DNA from: Somniosus microcephalus
Taxonomy: Eukaryota
Direction of reading: 5' to 3'
NCBI GenBank assembly: GCA_052327205.1
Contig: CM126207.1
Location: forward strand, 165,726,001 to 165,790,000
DNA: 64,000 nucleotides
The notes beneath the pieces were generated by a model that had not been told where the DNA came from, ran no database searches, and saw nothing but the letters and a program-made list of their open reading frames with translations. The stretch's first letter is position 1. Every line of letters begins with the position of its first letter. Shown here in pieces: positions 1-12,932 of this stretch. The position numbers were made by a program, and so were the translations under genes.

Positions 1-36
1 TTTACTGCACTTTTACTGCAGTTGCTAGGTACCAAA

Positions 37-55
37 TAGCCACTAGGTGGCAGCA
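37..55 (+). promoter_or_regulatory. CTCF-like binding motif
   Basis: TAGCCACTAGGTGGCAGCA matches the vertebrate CTCF core CCACNAGGTGGCAG; motif only, no binding evidence. Confidence 0.45.
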
Positions 56-130
56 CACAATGGGAATCGACCCAACTTACTCAAACCCCTGAATTAACTG
101 GAAAACAAACATAAATGCTACCGAGAGACA

Positions 131-2044
131 GCACACCCCTCCTGTAGTGAAGGGGCACCGTCAAGGACCCGTTAACTTTAATCAGACACTCTGCGGCACC
201 GTACAGAAGTTGGATCCAGGCGAAAAAATGCATCCCAAAACCGAATGCACGCAGAGTCCCGAAGAGCTACTCATCATCCACCCTGTCGAATGGCTTCTCC
301 TGATCTGGGGAAAGGAAGGCGACCGACAGACCAGCCCTCTGGGAATGGTGGACCAGGTCCAGGACCAGATGGATGTTATCATGGATAGTCCGGCCCGGGA
401 CCATGTAGGACTGGTCGGGGTGGATCATGTGGGCCAGCACGGCGCCAAGGCGAGCAGACATGGCCCTGGCAAAAATGTTATAGTCCATGCTGAGGAGGGA
501 GACTGGGCGCCAGTTCTTAAGGAGGCGGAGATCGCCCCTCTTAGGCAGCAGGACAATAAGCGACCTGTGCCAAGAGAGGGGCATCTCCCCGGTCACCAAT
601 CTTTCCCCCAGGACCCACGCTTAGTCGCCCCGAAGACATCCCAGAATGGCCTGTGGAACTCCACGGTCAGTCCGTCCAGCCCCGGGGAGTTTCCCCTGGA
701 GAGCTGGCGGAGGGCGCCGATCAGCTCCGCCAGACTCAGAGGAGCGTCCAATTTTTCAGCGCTGTCCAGGGCGATCTTCGGCAGGTCCTCCCACAAAACT
801 CAGCTCGCATCCTCGCTGGACGGATCCGGAGGGAACAGAGCCCCATAATAGGCGTGGGTCTACCCAGTGATTCCCTCCATTTCCGAGACCAGAGATCCGT
901 CATCGGCCAGCAGCCCCAAGAGCTGCTTACGGACCCCCCATCTTTTTTCCAGCGAGTAGAAGAAGGGGGAGCCACAGTCCAGGTCCGGAGGATCTGGATC
1001 CGCGAACTCACGCCCGCGCCTCGGAACCCGACGAGCTACAGGTCCTTCAGCGCACCCTTCTTCTCTTCGTACACCCTCCGCAGGGCCGGGTCCTCGACGA
1101 CTTCACCGAGACGGGAATCCAGGTCGAGCACCTCCTTCTCTAACCGCCCGACCTTGGCCTGCCACCTCTTGGTCGACCCCTTCGCGTACTCCTGACAGAA
1201 GAGACGAACGTGAGCGTTGCCCACGTCCCACCATAGCCTGAAGGAGGGGAAGCCCCCCTGCTTCCTTCTCCAGTCGGCACAGAACCGACGAAATGAATCC
1301 CAGAACCACGCGTCCTCCAGCAGCAGGTTGTTAAAGTGCCAGTACGTGGAACACACCCGCACTCACAGCGGAACGAGCTCTGCCCACACCAGCTGGTGGT
1401 CCATGCACAGCACACAGGAGATGCACGCCCGGGAAATGTAAAGGTGGTCGATTCTGGACCCTCCTCCCCCAAACCTCACGCTAGTGAAGGCGCTGGAGTC
1501 AGGATGAAGATTTTGCCAGACGTCCACCAAGTCAAAGGAACCGACCAGGTCCCTGAACTTCTCCATCGCCGCTGGGCATCGCGGGGGACCCGGACGGTCC
1601 CTCACCTCGATGGTGCAGTTACAATCCCCCCCGAGGATGACGCACTTGCCCACGTCGATGGAGCCCAGAAGAGTGGACACTTCTTCAAAGATGCGCACTT
1701 GCTGCGCACCAGCCTGAGGGGCATACACGTTCACTAGGTGGAGTGGCACGCCCCCCAGTGACCTGCAGCAAACGGCCCGGCACGCGCTCCTTGACCCCCA
1801 AGATCTCTGGCTGAAAATGCGGTGCCAGCAAGTTAGCCACCCCACTGGAAACGCTGGAGAGGTGACTCATGCTGACCCCTCCTTGCCACTCCAGGAGTCA
1901 CGTGGCCTCATCTCCCGGAACGGTGTGGGTTTCTTGCAGGAAGCACACCGCATACTTCCCATCCCGAAGGACTGAAAGGTTATTAAATCTGTGGCGAGCC
2001 TCCCTGCTGCCGTTTATGTTGAGGCTGGCTATGGTTATCTTAAT
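131..2044 (-). pseudogene. Tx1 ORF2 pseudogene of copy A (APE endonuclease + N-terminal part of RT)
   Basis: ORF fragments 1685-1870, 1363-1845, 1036-1362, 593-796, 267-599 match the intact ORF2 in several frames; start codon mutated. Confidence 0.88.
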
Positions 2045-2075
2045 GTCAGAAGCATAGTGCAACCTCTACCTACAC

Positions 2076-4181
2076 GTAACGGGAGGAGGGTGCGCAGCTG
2101 CTAGTCAACCGCCACTCCCTCAGCAGCCCAGTGAGGAACGACCTGAGCCAACGCAGCTCGAGTGGGCTCACATCCGCATCACGCCCATGATCTTGACGGT
2201 GGCGCGGACCGACCCGATGAGCCAGGTCTTGTTTTGATGACCATGGCACACGCCAACAAAATCCGGGAGTTCCCTGATGGGAATGAGGGGAGACTCAGTG
2301 AGGTGCATGAGGTCATCCATCGCCTCGTCAGCGATGGAATCCAACTCATCCTCCGCGCCCATCACTGAGTCCCCTTCCTACTCCGGGGGGTCACCACCAG
2401 CGGCCGACCAGTCCGTCACGCAGTGCGCAGCGAACGGCTCGGCTGCATCGGCCGGCCCCGCCTCTGCCCGGATCCCACCCCAGGATTGGTGGCAGAGGAT
2501 TCCTCCCTGGGCTCCTCCAGGGGCGCCAGGCCAGATGACAGCAGCGGTTCGGAGTCCCCCTCTGCCCCAGACACCAAAACACCGGGAGAAATCGGGGCGA
2601 AAACAAATTGAAATTCCTCTAGGACGTCCGGCGCCAGAGACATAGTCAGGGGGCCTTCCTCCTCCTCGCCACCAGTCTCCGGCCCAGCGGATGGGGTGTC
2701 CTGGACTAAAATTTTGACCAGGTGACGCCGCACATGGGAAATATCCGGGTCGCATTGGGCGAGCACAGTTTCTTCGAGATCGCCCGAACCAGACCCCAGG
2801 CCGCCCGACCCGGCGAGGGGTAGCGGTATGGATAAAATATCTATTTCCAACGCGGGTTGTTCCGCGAACCCCCCCCATGGGCAGGGTCTTGTCACCGTCC
2901 CCTGGAGGCATGTGCTGGACAGACACATCTGCCTCAGCCTCCAGAGGGACAGGCGACCCCTGCCGATTGCTGGTGATGTTGACACTGGGGGGGGGGAACA
3001 GTACCCAGGGCGGGCGATGATTGCCCCTGCCCGGAGGGACCTTCCTCCTCCCGGTCCTCCTCCTCTTCCAGGGGGTCCTGCCTTCTTTTTAGCGCGGAGG
3101 GAGCAGGAGAGACCTCCATGTCTGCAGAGGCCTCCTCCTCTGCTCCCTCCAGCGGAGCAGGTTTGTCGGGTTCCTTGGGCCCAAGCCCGGCCGCAGGTAA
3201 TGGCGTTTCTGCTACGGCGGTTGTGGCCACAGGCTCAGGCACGAGGCCCCTCCCGCACTCGTCTGCCCTGACCAGCTCCGCGAGGAGCGCGGGTGTCAGG
3301 GGCTCTAAGTTTAATGGCCGGCCCACCACGGGGGAACCCGCACTGTGGTCTTTTGCTTTTCGCCGTGCCTTCCTTCCACCCGGATGCGCACGCTCCCCCC
3401 CGCCAGAGGCCTTGGTGGCATCGGCCTCTGAAGTCCACCGCGCATTGGTTGTATCGGACGTGTGGCCAGACCTGGGGGGAGGAGCAGTGGCGGCGCCAGC
3501 CTCGGCCGTACTAGATGACCTGGCAGCCTTGGAGGCAGGGCAGATATTCCTTATGTGCCCCACCTCCTTGCAGGCATGGCACCGCACACTGTCCGCCGGC
3601 CAAAAGGCACGATAGGTGGTCCCCTCGTGGAGGACGACAAAAGCCCCATTGGTGTCCTCCTCCCACGCCAGCTGAATAAAGAGCTGGCGCCGGAAAGAGA
3701 AGAGTTGCCGAAGGCTGGCTTCCCGGCAGCTGAGTGGGATAGGCGTGATCCCCGACCTCACCTCCCCAAGATGGCGTAAGTGGGGGAGGAGGAGCTCACC
3801 AGGAACAAAGGGCGGGACATTGGAAATCACCACCCTCTGTGTGGTGGCCTCGAGGGGGTCCACCAGCAGGAAGGTCCCGCCCATGGTGAGCCCCTTGGTG
3901 ACGGCCAGGGACACCGCCCGCTCCGACCCCAGGAAGAACACAGCCTTCCCGTACATTTTTGAGGCGGCAAGGATGGCTGCAGAGCCGACAACCACAGCCA
4001 TGGCCTTTACACACGCCTCAATGGTCATTGTTGGGTGGGTGTAGCTCTTCACACCAAGCTTTTTTGTTATTAGTGAGAAAGCTGATGGGGCAGCACAGGC
4101 AGCGGGAGCAGCCGCGGCTTTGGCTGCAACAACCGCATATGACCTAGCTGGCCCCGTCACCGGTGCTGAAGTAGATGCCAT
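2076..4181 (-). pseudogene. Tx1 ORF1 (nucleic-acid-binding, CCHC knuckle) of copy A, frameshifted
   Basis: 415-aa ORF 2934-4181 with SKMYGKAVFFL, VVISNVPPFV and CHACKEVGHIRNIC; continues in ORFs 2416-2985 and 2168-2365. Confidence 0.85.
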
Positions 4182-5198
4182 TATGGGGTGGTTTTTAAAA
4201 AACAGCTACACTCACACCAAGTCACAGGCCTTAAGATGTTGAAGATTGCCTCCGGTTTTTTAAATTCCACCCTTGAGCAGAGGGAGCTGTTAAATTGAAG
4301 GGACACCTCTCCCCTTATTGATTGTAATTGGGAGAGGGGCCTTCTCCCCTCTGCTCAAGTGGCAATAAATTAATAAGTAGAATAGATGTGCCTCTTGAGA
4401 GAAAGGCAGAGAGAGACAATGAGAGAGAGAAAGGGGGGTGGGAAGGAGGGAGGCCGCAAAGGCAGGGTCGCCACTCAGGATGGTGGGTGCGTGGGTGCTG
4501 GCAGGGGTGCACTCTCTGATAGAAAATAATGTCTCCAGTGGTATTCCTCTGGCAGGGGGAGAAGATGTCTTCGCCTGGGAAAGCTGGAGATGCCCCGGCT
4601 CAGTCCTGCAGCAGGTCTTAACGATGTTTAATGGAATAAAAGACTTCACCTAGGCAGCTCCAGCTATCACAGGCCAGGCAATAGAAGGGGCTGTTTGATA
4701 GTGGTGTGTGTGTGGCCTAGTGTTGTACAAGAGCCACACACACACACAGACACCCCTTGGTGTTCCGGTCTTCTTTCCTCCCCCCACCTACAGTACAAAG
4801 TCTTTTTGGAGAATGCACCAAATAACACCCACCTGCTGATGTTCAGTGAAGATGTTATCCTTCCCTCCTTCCAAGCAGTTGATGGTGGGTGTTGGTTGTT
4901 GCTTCTCTTCCCCTCTCTCCCTCCCCTGGAATGGAGGCCAATTTGGGGAGGCAGTGATGGAAAGGCCTCTCCTCTATTAGGTGTTGGCCTCCTTTTTCCT
5001 CTCCTCTCCTCTGTCCTCTCTCTCCAGGCACCTCAGTAGTCGCTGTTGTGGTAGTGGTGGTCTGTGGTTTCTCCTTCTTCTCCTCCTCTCCCTGGTCAAG
5101 GAGACCACCACTTTCCACTCTCCTTCAGCTCCAACCAGCAGCACAGATAGCAAGGCAGTGAATCAATAAAGCTGGGTAGGTCCAGTCCCTGTCTTGTC

Positions 5199-8100
5199 GT
5201 CTTTTAATTGGACCAAGTCAATTTAACAAATAAACTGTAATTAGGACTGTATAATTTTAAATAAACCTTAGCAAATCAAAATAAAATTTGGTTATCCAAA
5301 TCATTTATGCACTCCAGTCCCCGTGGCACCCACCGGTCATGGAAGTACTCGAGCGTGCCGGTGGACACCACGTGCTCCATCTCTAGGGCCACCCGGGCGC
5401 GAACATGGCCACGGAAGAGAGGGAGGCAATCTGGCTGGAGGACCCCCTCGACCGCCCGCTGCCTGGACCAATTCATGGCTTTTTTAGCCAGGCCCAGGAG
5501 CAGACCCACGAGGAGGTGCTCCAACCTGCCCGCACCCCCCCATCCCGGGTGACCATAGACCAAGAGCGTGGGACTGAAGTGCAACAAAAATCGAGGAGCA
5601 GCCCCTTCAAATAATGGAAGAGTTGCTGCAACCGCTCACATTCTGTATATATATGAAAAACAGACTCCTCCAGGCCGCAGAACAAACAGGCGGACTGGGA
5701 GTCCGTGAACCTAATAAAAATATATTGCACGGGACTGCCCCGTGCAACACCCTCCAGGCCAAGACCCAAAAGAACAGGGGAGGACTCCCGCATAGAGAGC
5801 CCTCCATTGGGTACCTCCACATCTGCCGGAAGGCAAGATGGCACGCCAAGGCGTGTCCGGAAGGCAGGCAAAGATGGCAAAGTGGAGAGTGTGCAGCAGC
5901 AGCCCGTACAGGGAACCCCTTCATGCGGAATGAAAAGGCACGGAGGGTATTTCCTCGAGACGGCTCAAGTTGTGAGGCAACGGTTCCCGATGGGAGGTTC
6001 GGGGCTGGACACCGATAAGGAATTCCGTCCGAACGGGGGAAAGCTCGGACGGGGTCCCCTCTGCCCGGATCCCACCCCAGGATCGGCGGCAGAAGATTCC
6101 TCCCTGGACTCCTCCGGGGGCGCCGGGCCAGAAGAAGGCAGCGGTTCGGAGTCCCCCTCTGCCCCAGATGCCAGAACGCACGGAGAAATCGGGGAGATAC
6201 AAATTGAAATTAATCCAGGATGTCCGACGCCCGAGGCACAGTCAGGGGCCCTTCCTCCACCTCACCACCAGTCTGCGACCCAGCGGATGGGGTGTCCTGG
6301 ACTAAAATATCAACCAGGTCGAGCAGCCCCTGGGAAATGTCCGGGTCGCATTCGGCGAGCTCAGTTTCTTCCAGCACGCCTGACACAGACCCCAGGCCGC
6401 CCGAACCGGCGAGTAGTAATGGTACTGATAAAATATCTATTTCCGCCGCGGGATGTTCCACGACCCCCCCCATGGGCAGGGCCTCGTCCCCATCCCCGGG
6501 AGGCACGTGCTGGAAAGACACATCTGCCTCAGCCTCCCGAGGGACAGGTGAGCCCTGCCGAATGCTGGTGATGGTGACAGCAGGGGGGGGAGGCGCAGTA
6601 CTCGCGGCGGGCAACGACTCCCCCTGCTCGGAGGGACATTCCTCCTCCCGGTCCTCCTCCTTTTCCAGGCGGTCGCACCTTCTTTTTAGCGTGGAGGGAG
6701 CGAGGGACACCGCCATGTCTGCAGGGGCCTCCTCCTCTGCTCCCTCTGGCGGAGCAGGTTTGTCGGGTTCCTCGGGCCCGAGCACGGCCGCAGGTATTTG
6801 TGTTTCCGCTACGGCGGTTGCGGCCACAGGCTCGGACACAAGGCCACTCATGCCCTCGTCTGCCCCGACCAACTGCGTGAGGAGCTCGGGTGTCAGGGGC
6901 TCTAAGTTTAGGGGCCGGCCCTCTGCGGGGGGACCTGCTCTGAGGTGTTTCATCTTACACCGCACCTTCCTTCCGCCCGGATGGGCTCCTTCCACCCCGC
7001 CGGAGGACCTGGTGGCATCGGCCTCCGACGGTGACCGCGCATCAGTGGCTCCCGATGCGTGGACAGATCCAGGGGGGGAAGTGGTGGCGGCGCCAGCCTC
7101 GGCCACGCCAGACGATCTGGCAGCCTTGGAGGTGGGGCAGTTTTTTCTGATGCGCCCCACCTCCTTGCAGGAGTGGCACCGAACACTGTCCGATGTCCAG
7201 AAGATGCGATAGGCAGTCCCCCCATGGAGGATGATGAAAGCCCCGTCGGTGTACTCCTCCCACGCCAGCTGAAAGAAAGCTGGCGCCGGAAGCAGAAAAC
7301 GTGGTGAAGGCTGGCCTCCAGGAAGCCGAGCGTGATGGGTGTAATCCCCGACCTCACCTCCCCAAGTTGGCATAAGTGGGGGAGGAGAAGCTCACCAGGA
7401 ACAAAGGGCGGGAGGAGCGAAATAACCACCCTCTGCGCTGTTGGCCTAGAGGTGGTCCACCGGCAGCAAGGTCCCACCCACGGTGTGCCCCTTGGTGATG
7501 GCCAGGGATACCACCCGCTCCGACCTCAGGAAGAACACAGCCTTCCCGTACATTTTTGAGGTGGCGAGGATGGCTGAAGGGCCGACAACCCCAGCCATGG
7601 CCTTTACACACGCCTCAATTGTCATTGTGGGGTGGGTGTAGCTCTTCACCCCAAGCTTTTTAGTTATTAAAGAGAAAGGTGACGGGGCCGCAGAAGCAGT
7701 AGGAGCAGCCGTGGCTGTGGCTGCCACCGCCACATATGGCCTAGCTGGCCCCGCCACCGGCGAAGAAGTAGACGCCATTATGAGGTGGTTTTTTAAAAAA
7801 AGAGCCACACTCACCCCAAGTCACAGGCCTTAAGATATTTAAGAATGGCCTCGGGTTATTTTTGAAGTCCTCTATTTGAGCAGACGGAGCTGTTAAATTG
7901 AAGGCACACCTCTCCCCTTATTGATTGGTATTGGGAGAGGGGCCTTCTCCCCTCTGCTCAAGCGGCAATTAATTAATAAGTAGAATAGAGGTGCTTCTTG
8001 AGAGAAAGGCAGAGAGAGAGACAAAGAGAGAGAGAGAGGCGGGGTGGGAAGGAGCGAGGCCGCAATGGCAGGGTCACCACTCAGGATGGTGGGTGGGTGG

Positions 8101-9180
8101 GTGCCGGCAGGGGTGCACTCTCCGGTGGGAAATAAAATCTCTAATGGTGTTCTTCTAGCAGGGGGAGAAGATGTCTTCACCTGGGAACGCTGGAGACGCA
8201 CAGGCTCAGTCCTGCACCAGGTCTTAACGATGTTTAATGGAATAAAAGACTTCACCTAGGCAGCTCCAGCTGTCCCAGGCCAGGCAATAGAAGAGGGTGT
8301 TTGATAGTGGTGTGTGAGGCCTAGTGTTCTACAAGAGGCAGCACGGTGGCATAGTGGTTAGCACTGTTGCCTCACAGCGCCAGGGACCCAGGTTCAAATC
8401 CTGCCTCGGGTGACTGTCTGTGTGGAGTTTGCACATTCTCCCCGTGTTCACGTTGGTTTCCTCCGGGTGCTCCGGTTTCCTCCCACAGTCCAAAGATGTG
8501 CGGGTTAGGTTGATTGAGCATGATAAAAAATTGGCCCTTAGTGTTAGGGGGGATTAAATACGTGGGGATAGGGCTTGGGTGGGATGGCTGTTGGTGTAGG
8601 GACCGGGTTCTAGGGTTTGGATGATCAGCCATGATCTCGTTGAATGGCAGAGCAGGCTCGAAGGGCCGAATGGCCTACTCCTGCTCCTATCTTCTATGTT
8701 TCTATGTTTCTAAGAGCCACACACACACACAGGCACCCCTTGGTGTTCCGGTCTTCGTTCCTCCCCCCACCTACAGTACAAAGTCTTTTTGGAGAGTGCA
8801 CCATATAACACCCTCCTGCAGATGTTCAGTGAAGATGTTATCCTTCCCTCCTTCCAAGCAGTTGAAGGTGGGAGTTGGTTGTTGCTTCTCTCCCCTCTCT
8901 CCCTCTCCTGGAATGTAGGCCAATTTGGGGAGGCAGTGATGGAACGGCCTCTCCTCTGGTAGCTGTTGGCCTCCTTTTTCCTCTCCTCTCCTGTGTCCTC
9001 TCTCTCCAGGCACCTCAGTAGTCGCTGTTGTGGTAGTGGTGGTCTGTGGATTCTCCTTTTTCTCCTCCTCCCCCTGGTCAAGGTGACCAAAACTTTCCAC
9101 TCTCCTTCAGCTCCAAACAGCAGCACAGAGAGCAATGCAGTGAATGAATAAAGCTGGGTCGGTCCAGTCCCTGTTTTGTC
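5199..9180 (-). mobile_element. Tx1 copy B, internally deleted (5'UTR + most of ORF1 joined to the last ~0.8 kb of ORF2 + 3'UTR)
   Basis: ORF1 ATG at 7778; junction ~6055-6060 switches from ORF1 (GIRAE) to ORF2 C-terminus (PSELSPVRTEF); ORF2 stop 5276-5278; 3' end TAAAAGAC abuts copy A 5' end. Confidence 0.9.
8338..8711 (+). mobile_element. tRNA-derived SINE (V-SINE/HE1-like) with CR1-type tail, inserted in the copy B 5'UTR
   Basis: A-box TGGCATAGTGG, B-box GGTTCAAATCC (8391-8401), GGAGTTTGCACATTCTCCCCGTG body, tail GGCCGAATGGCCTACTCCTGCTCCTAT-(TTCTATGT)n; AAGAG duplicated at 8333-8337 and 8712-8716; absent from the other 5'UTR copies. Confidence 0.9.
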
Positions 9181-9257
9181 CTCTTTTAATTGGATCAAGT
9201 AAATTAAACAAATAAACTATAATTAGGACTGTAAAACTTTAAAAAAACCTTAGTAAA

Positions 9258-12200
9258 TCAAATTAAAATTTAGTTATCCAAATCAATTATGCACTCCAGT
9301 CCCTGTGGCGCCCACCGCTCATGGAAATACTCGAGCGTGCCGGCGGACACCACGTGCTCCATCTACAGGGCTACCCGGGTGCGAACATGGCCCCGGAAGA
9401 GAGGGAGGCAATCTGGATTAACGACACCCTCAACCACCCGCTGCCTGGACCAATTGATGGCTTTTTTAGCCTGGCCCAGGAGCAGACCCACGAGGAGGTC
9501 CTCCAACCTGCCCGCTCCCCTCCGCCCCGGGTGACTGTAGATCAAGAGCGTGGGACTGAAGTTCAACCAAAATTCGAGGAGCAGCCCCTTCAAATAATGG
9601 AAGAGGGGCTGCAACCTCTCACATTCTGTATATATATGAAAAACGGACTCCTCCAGGCCGCAGAACAAACAGGCGGCCTAGGAGTCCGTGAACCTACTTA
9701 AAAATATATTGCACGGGACTGCCCTGTGCAACACCCTCCAGGCCAAGTCCCCAATAGAACAGGAGAGGACTCCCGCATAGAGAGCCCTCCATTGGGGACC
9801 TCCGCCACCGCCGGAAGGCAAGGCGGCATGCCAAGGTGTGTCTGGATGGCAGGCAAAGATGGCAAAGTGGAGAGTGTGCAGGAGCAGCCCATACAGGAAA
9901 CACCTCCATGCGGAATGAAAAGGCACAGAGGGTATTTCCTTGAGACTGCTCAAGTTGTGAGGCGCCGGTTCCTGAGGGGAGTTTCAGGGCTGGACTCCGA
10001 TAAGGAATTCCGTCCGAACGGGTGAAAGCTCGGACGGGATCGCCCCATGTGCTTGAGCCGCCTTGATACACCTTGTGGCGCCGGGGCACAGCGTCGCTTT
10101 CATCAACTCAATGGCATTGACCGCGAGCTGGACGTTGGCCCAAGACATGTGCCGCGCCAACTCCTGTGGCGCCATCCAGCCCGGTCCTCTGACATCAAGC
10201 AGGTCCCCGACTCTAGTCACCTTGCCAGGCACAGCCCTGCGCTCGGCCAGCCACATGAACCCGCGGATGTGGAGGTGCGGATTCCTGAACAGTGGCTCCT
10301 GAAGGACAGCCACCATTCCTTACGGGGGAGAGCTCCGCCTGGAAGCGACATAGTTCCAAACCCATAGCAGATCCTGGTAGAAGACAGGCAGCTCCCACAG
10401 GCTGGCACGTGTGCCGCCCACTTCCAAAAACAGGAGCTGCATGTCATAATTGAGGCCGTGCAGCTGGCAGAAAAAATAAGTCACCAGCGCACAGCATCTC
10501 AGAGGATTCTCGAAGTTCAGGTATCTCTGCAGCATCTGAAGACGGAAAGTTGCAGCATGGGTGCAGAGGCACACCAGCACCTGACTGCCTCCCTAAGCAG
10601 GAGACTCAGAACCGTGGCAGAGACCCAGTGCTTCCTTTTGTCCCAGAAGAAGTCGATGAGCTTCTTCAGTATCTTGGCGACAAACGCAGGGGGAGGGATC
10701 AAAGTGACCTACCGGTACCACAACATGGTGGCCACCAGTTGGTTTATGACCATCGTTCGACCCCTGTAGGACAACAGTCGGAGCAGTCCTGTCCAGCGTC
10801 CTAAGCGAGTGGTGAGTTTGGCCTCCAACTCTTGCCAGTTCGCCAGCCAGGCGTCCTCGGCAGGGCTAAGGTAGACTCCCAAGTAGAGGAGGTGCGTGGT
10901 GCTCCAGGCGAAGGGCCTGAACTCCTCCAGCAGGGAGTCCACACGCCACTGACCCACCAGGAGTCCGGAACATTTCTCCCAGTTGATCTTGGCGGAGGAT
11001 GCTTCTGAGTAAATCTGCTGGCATTCCCGCATCCTCCGCATCCTCCGCATGTCAGCGGGATCCGTGACCGTGAGGAGCACGTCATCGGCGTAAGCTGAGA
11101 GGACCACCTCCACGCCCGGCCCTTGCAGAGCCAGTCCCGTCAACCTCTTCCACAAGAGGCGCAGGAAAGGCTCTACAGAAATGGCGTATAACAGGGCAGA
11201 CATGGGGCATCTCTGATGCACCCCCTCCCGAAGCGAAGGGGCGCCATCAACGACCTGTTAACTTTAATCAGACACAGAAGTCGGATCCGGGTGACAAAAT
11301 GCATCCCGAACCCGAAGGCGCGCAGAGTCCCGACGAGATACTCATGATCTACCCTGTGGAAAGTCTTCTCCTGATCCAGGGAAAGGAAGGCGACCGATAG
11401 ACCAGCCCTGTTGGAATGGTGAACCAGGTGACGGCCCAGATAGATGTTGTCATGGATGGTCCGGCCTGTGACCATGTCGGGCTGGTTGGGGTGGAACATG
11501 TGGGCCAGCACGGCACCAAGGCGAGCAGACATGGCCCTGGCAAAAATTTTGTAGTCCGTGCTTAGGAGGAAGACCAGGCGCCATTTCTTAAGGAGGCGGA
11601 GATCGCCCTTCTTAGGCAGCAGGACAATAATCGCCCTGCGCCAAGAGAGGGGCATCTCCCTGGTCACCAAACTTTCCCCCATGACCCACGCGTAGTCACC
11701 CCCCAAGACGTCCCAAAATGCCCTGTGGAACTCCACAGTCAGCCCGTCAAGCCACGGGGACTTTCCCCTGGAGAGCTGGCGGAGGGCGCCGGTCAGCTCC
11801 TCCAGACTCAGAGGAGCGTCCAATTTTTTGGTACCGTCCAGGCCGACCTTCGGCACGTCCTCCCACAAAACTCTGCACGCATCCACGCTGGACAGATCCG
11901 GAGAGAACAGAGCCCTGTAATAGCACGGGCCTGTGCGCTGATTCCCTTTGGATCCGAGACCAGAGATCCGTCATCGGCCAGCAGCCCCAAGAGCTGCTTA
12001 CGGACCCCCATCTTTTTTCCAGCGAGTAGATGCAGGGGAAGCCGCGGTCCAGGTCCCGCAGGAAATGGATCCGCGACCTCACGTACGCACCTCGTGTCCC
12101 AATGAGCTGCAGGTCCTTCAGCGCGCCCTTCTTCTCTTCGTACACCTTCCGCAGGGCCGGGTCCTCGACGACTTGACTGAGGTCGGACTCCAGGTCGAGC

Positions 12201-12932
12201 ACCTCCTTCTCCAACCGCCCAACCAGGGCCTCCCGCCCCTTGGTTGACCACTTCGCGTACTCCTGACAGAAGAGATGGACATGAGCCTTGCCCACGTCCC
12301 ACCATATCCTCAAGGAGGGGAAGCCGCCCCGCTTCCTTCTCCAGTCGGCCCAGAACCGACGAAATGAATCCTGGAACCGCGCGACCTCCAGCAGCAGGTT
12401 GTTATAATGCCAGTACGCGGATCCACCCAGCGCGCGAAGCGGAAGGAGCTCCACCCACACCAGGTGGTGGTCCGTGCACGGCACCGGCCGCATGGAAGCC
12501 GCCAGAATGCAGGAGACGTATGCCCGGGATATATAAAGGCGGTCGATTCTGGACCATCCTCCTCCAGACCTCACGCTGGTGAAGGCGCTGGAGTCGGGGT
12601 GGAGATGTCGCCAGATGTCCACCAAGTCGAAGGACCCGACCAGGTCCCTCAACTTCTCCATCGCCGCCGGGCATCGCTGGGGGGCCGAACGGTCCCTCGC
12701 CTCGAGGGTGCAGTTAAAATCCCCCCCCGAGGATGACGCACTCGCCTGCGTCGATGGAGCCCAGAAGAGCGGACAGTTCATCAAAGAAGCGCACTTGCTG
12801 CACTCCGGCCTGAGGGGCGTACACGCCCATTAGATGGAGCGGCACAACCCCCAGGCAAACAGTGACCTGGAGCAAGCGGCCCGGCATGTGCTCCTTGACC
12901 CCCAATTTCTCCGGCTGAAAATGCGGGGCCAG
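9258..12932 (-). pseudogene. Tx1 ORF2 pseudogene of copy C (EN C-terminal part, RT with YADD, C-terminal zinc finger)
   Basis: Fragments 11747-12784, 11173-11886, 10709-11221 (LSAYADD), 9984-10316, 9363-9668; multiple frameshifts. Confidence 0.9.

Larger units (their letters stand above)
131..5198 (-). mobile_element. Tx1-clade non-LTR retrotransposon, copy A (decayed; 3' part interrupted at ~130)
   Basis: 5' end GACAAGACAGGGACTGG at 5198; ~1 kb 5'UTR; ORF1 from 4181; frameshifted ORF2 fragments (HLVNVYAP, ILGGDCNC, KNWRPVSLL, DQEKPFDRV) collinear with the intact ORF2 at 22568-26467. Confidence 0.92.

Noticed and set aside
4290-5118. Upstream ORFs in the Tx1 5'UTR (MKSFIPLN.., MESGGLLD..) as a possible ORF0
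   Set aside because: Non-ATG starts, low complexity and frame not preserved in copies C/D
11026-11050. CCGCATCCT repeat giving MRRMRRMRE in copy C
   Set aside because: Simple 9-bp slippage duplication in a dead ORF
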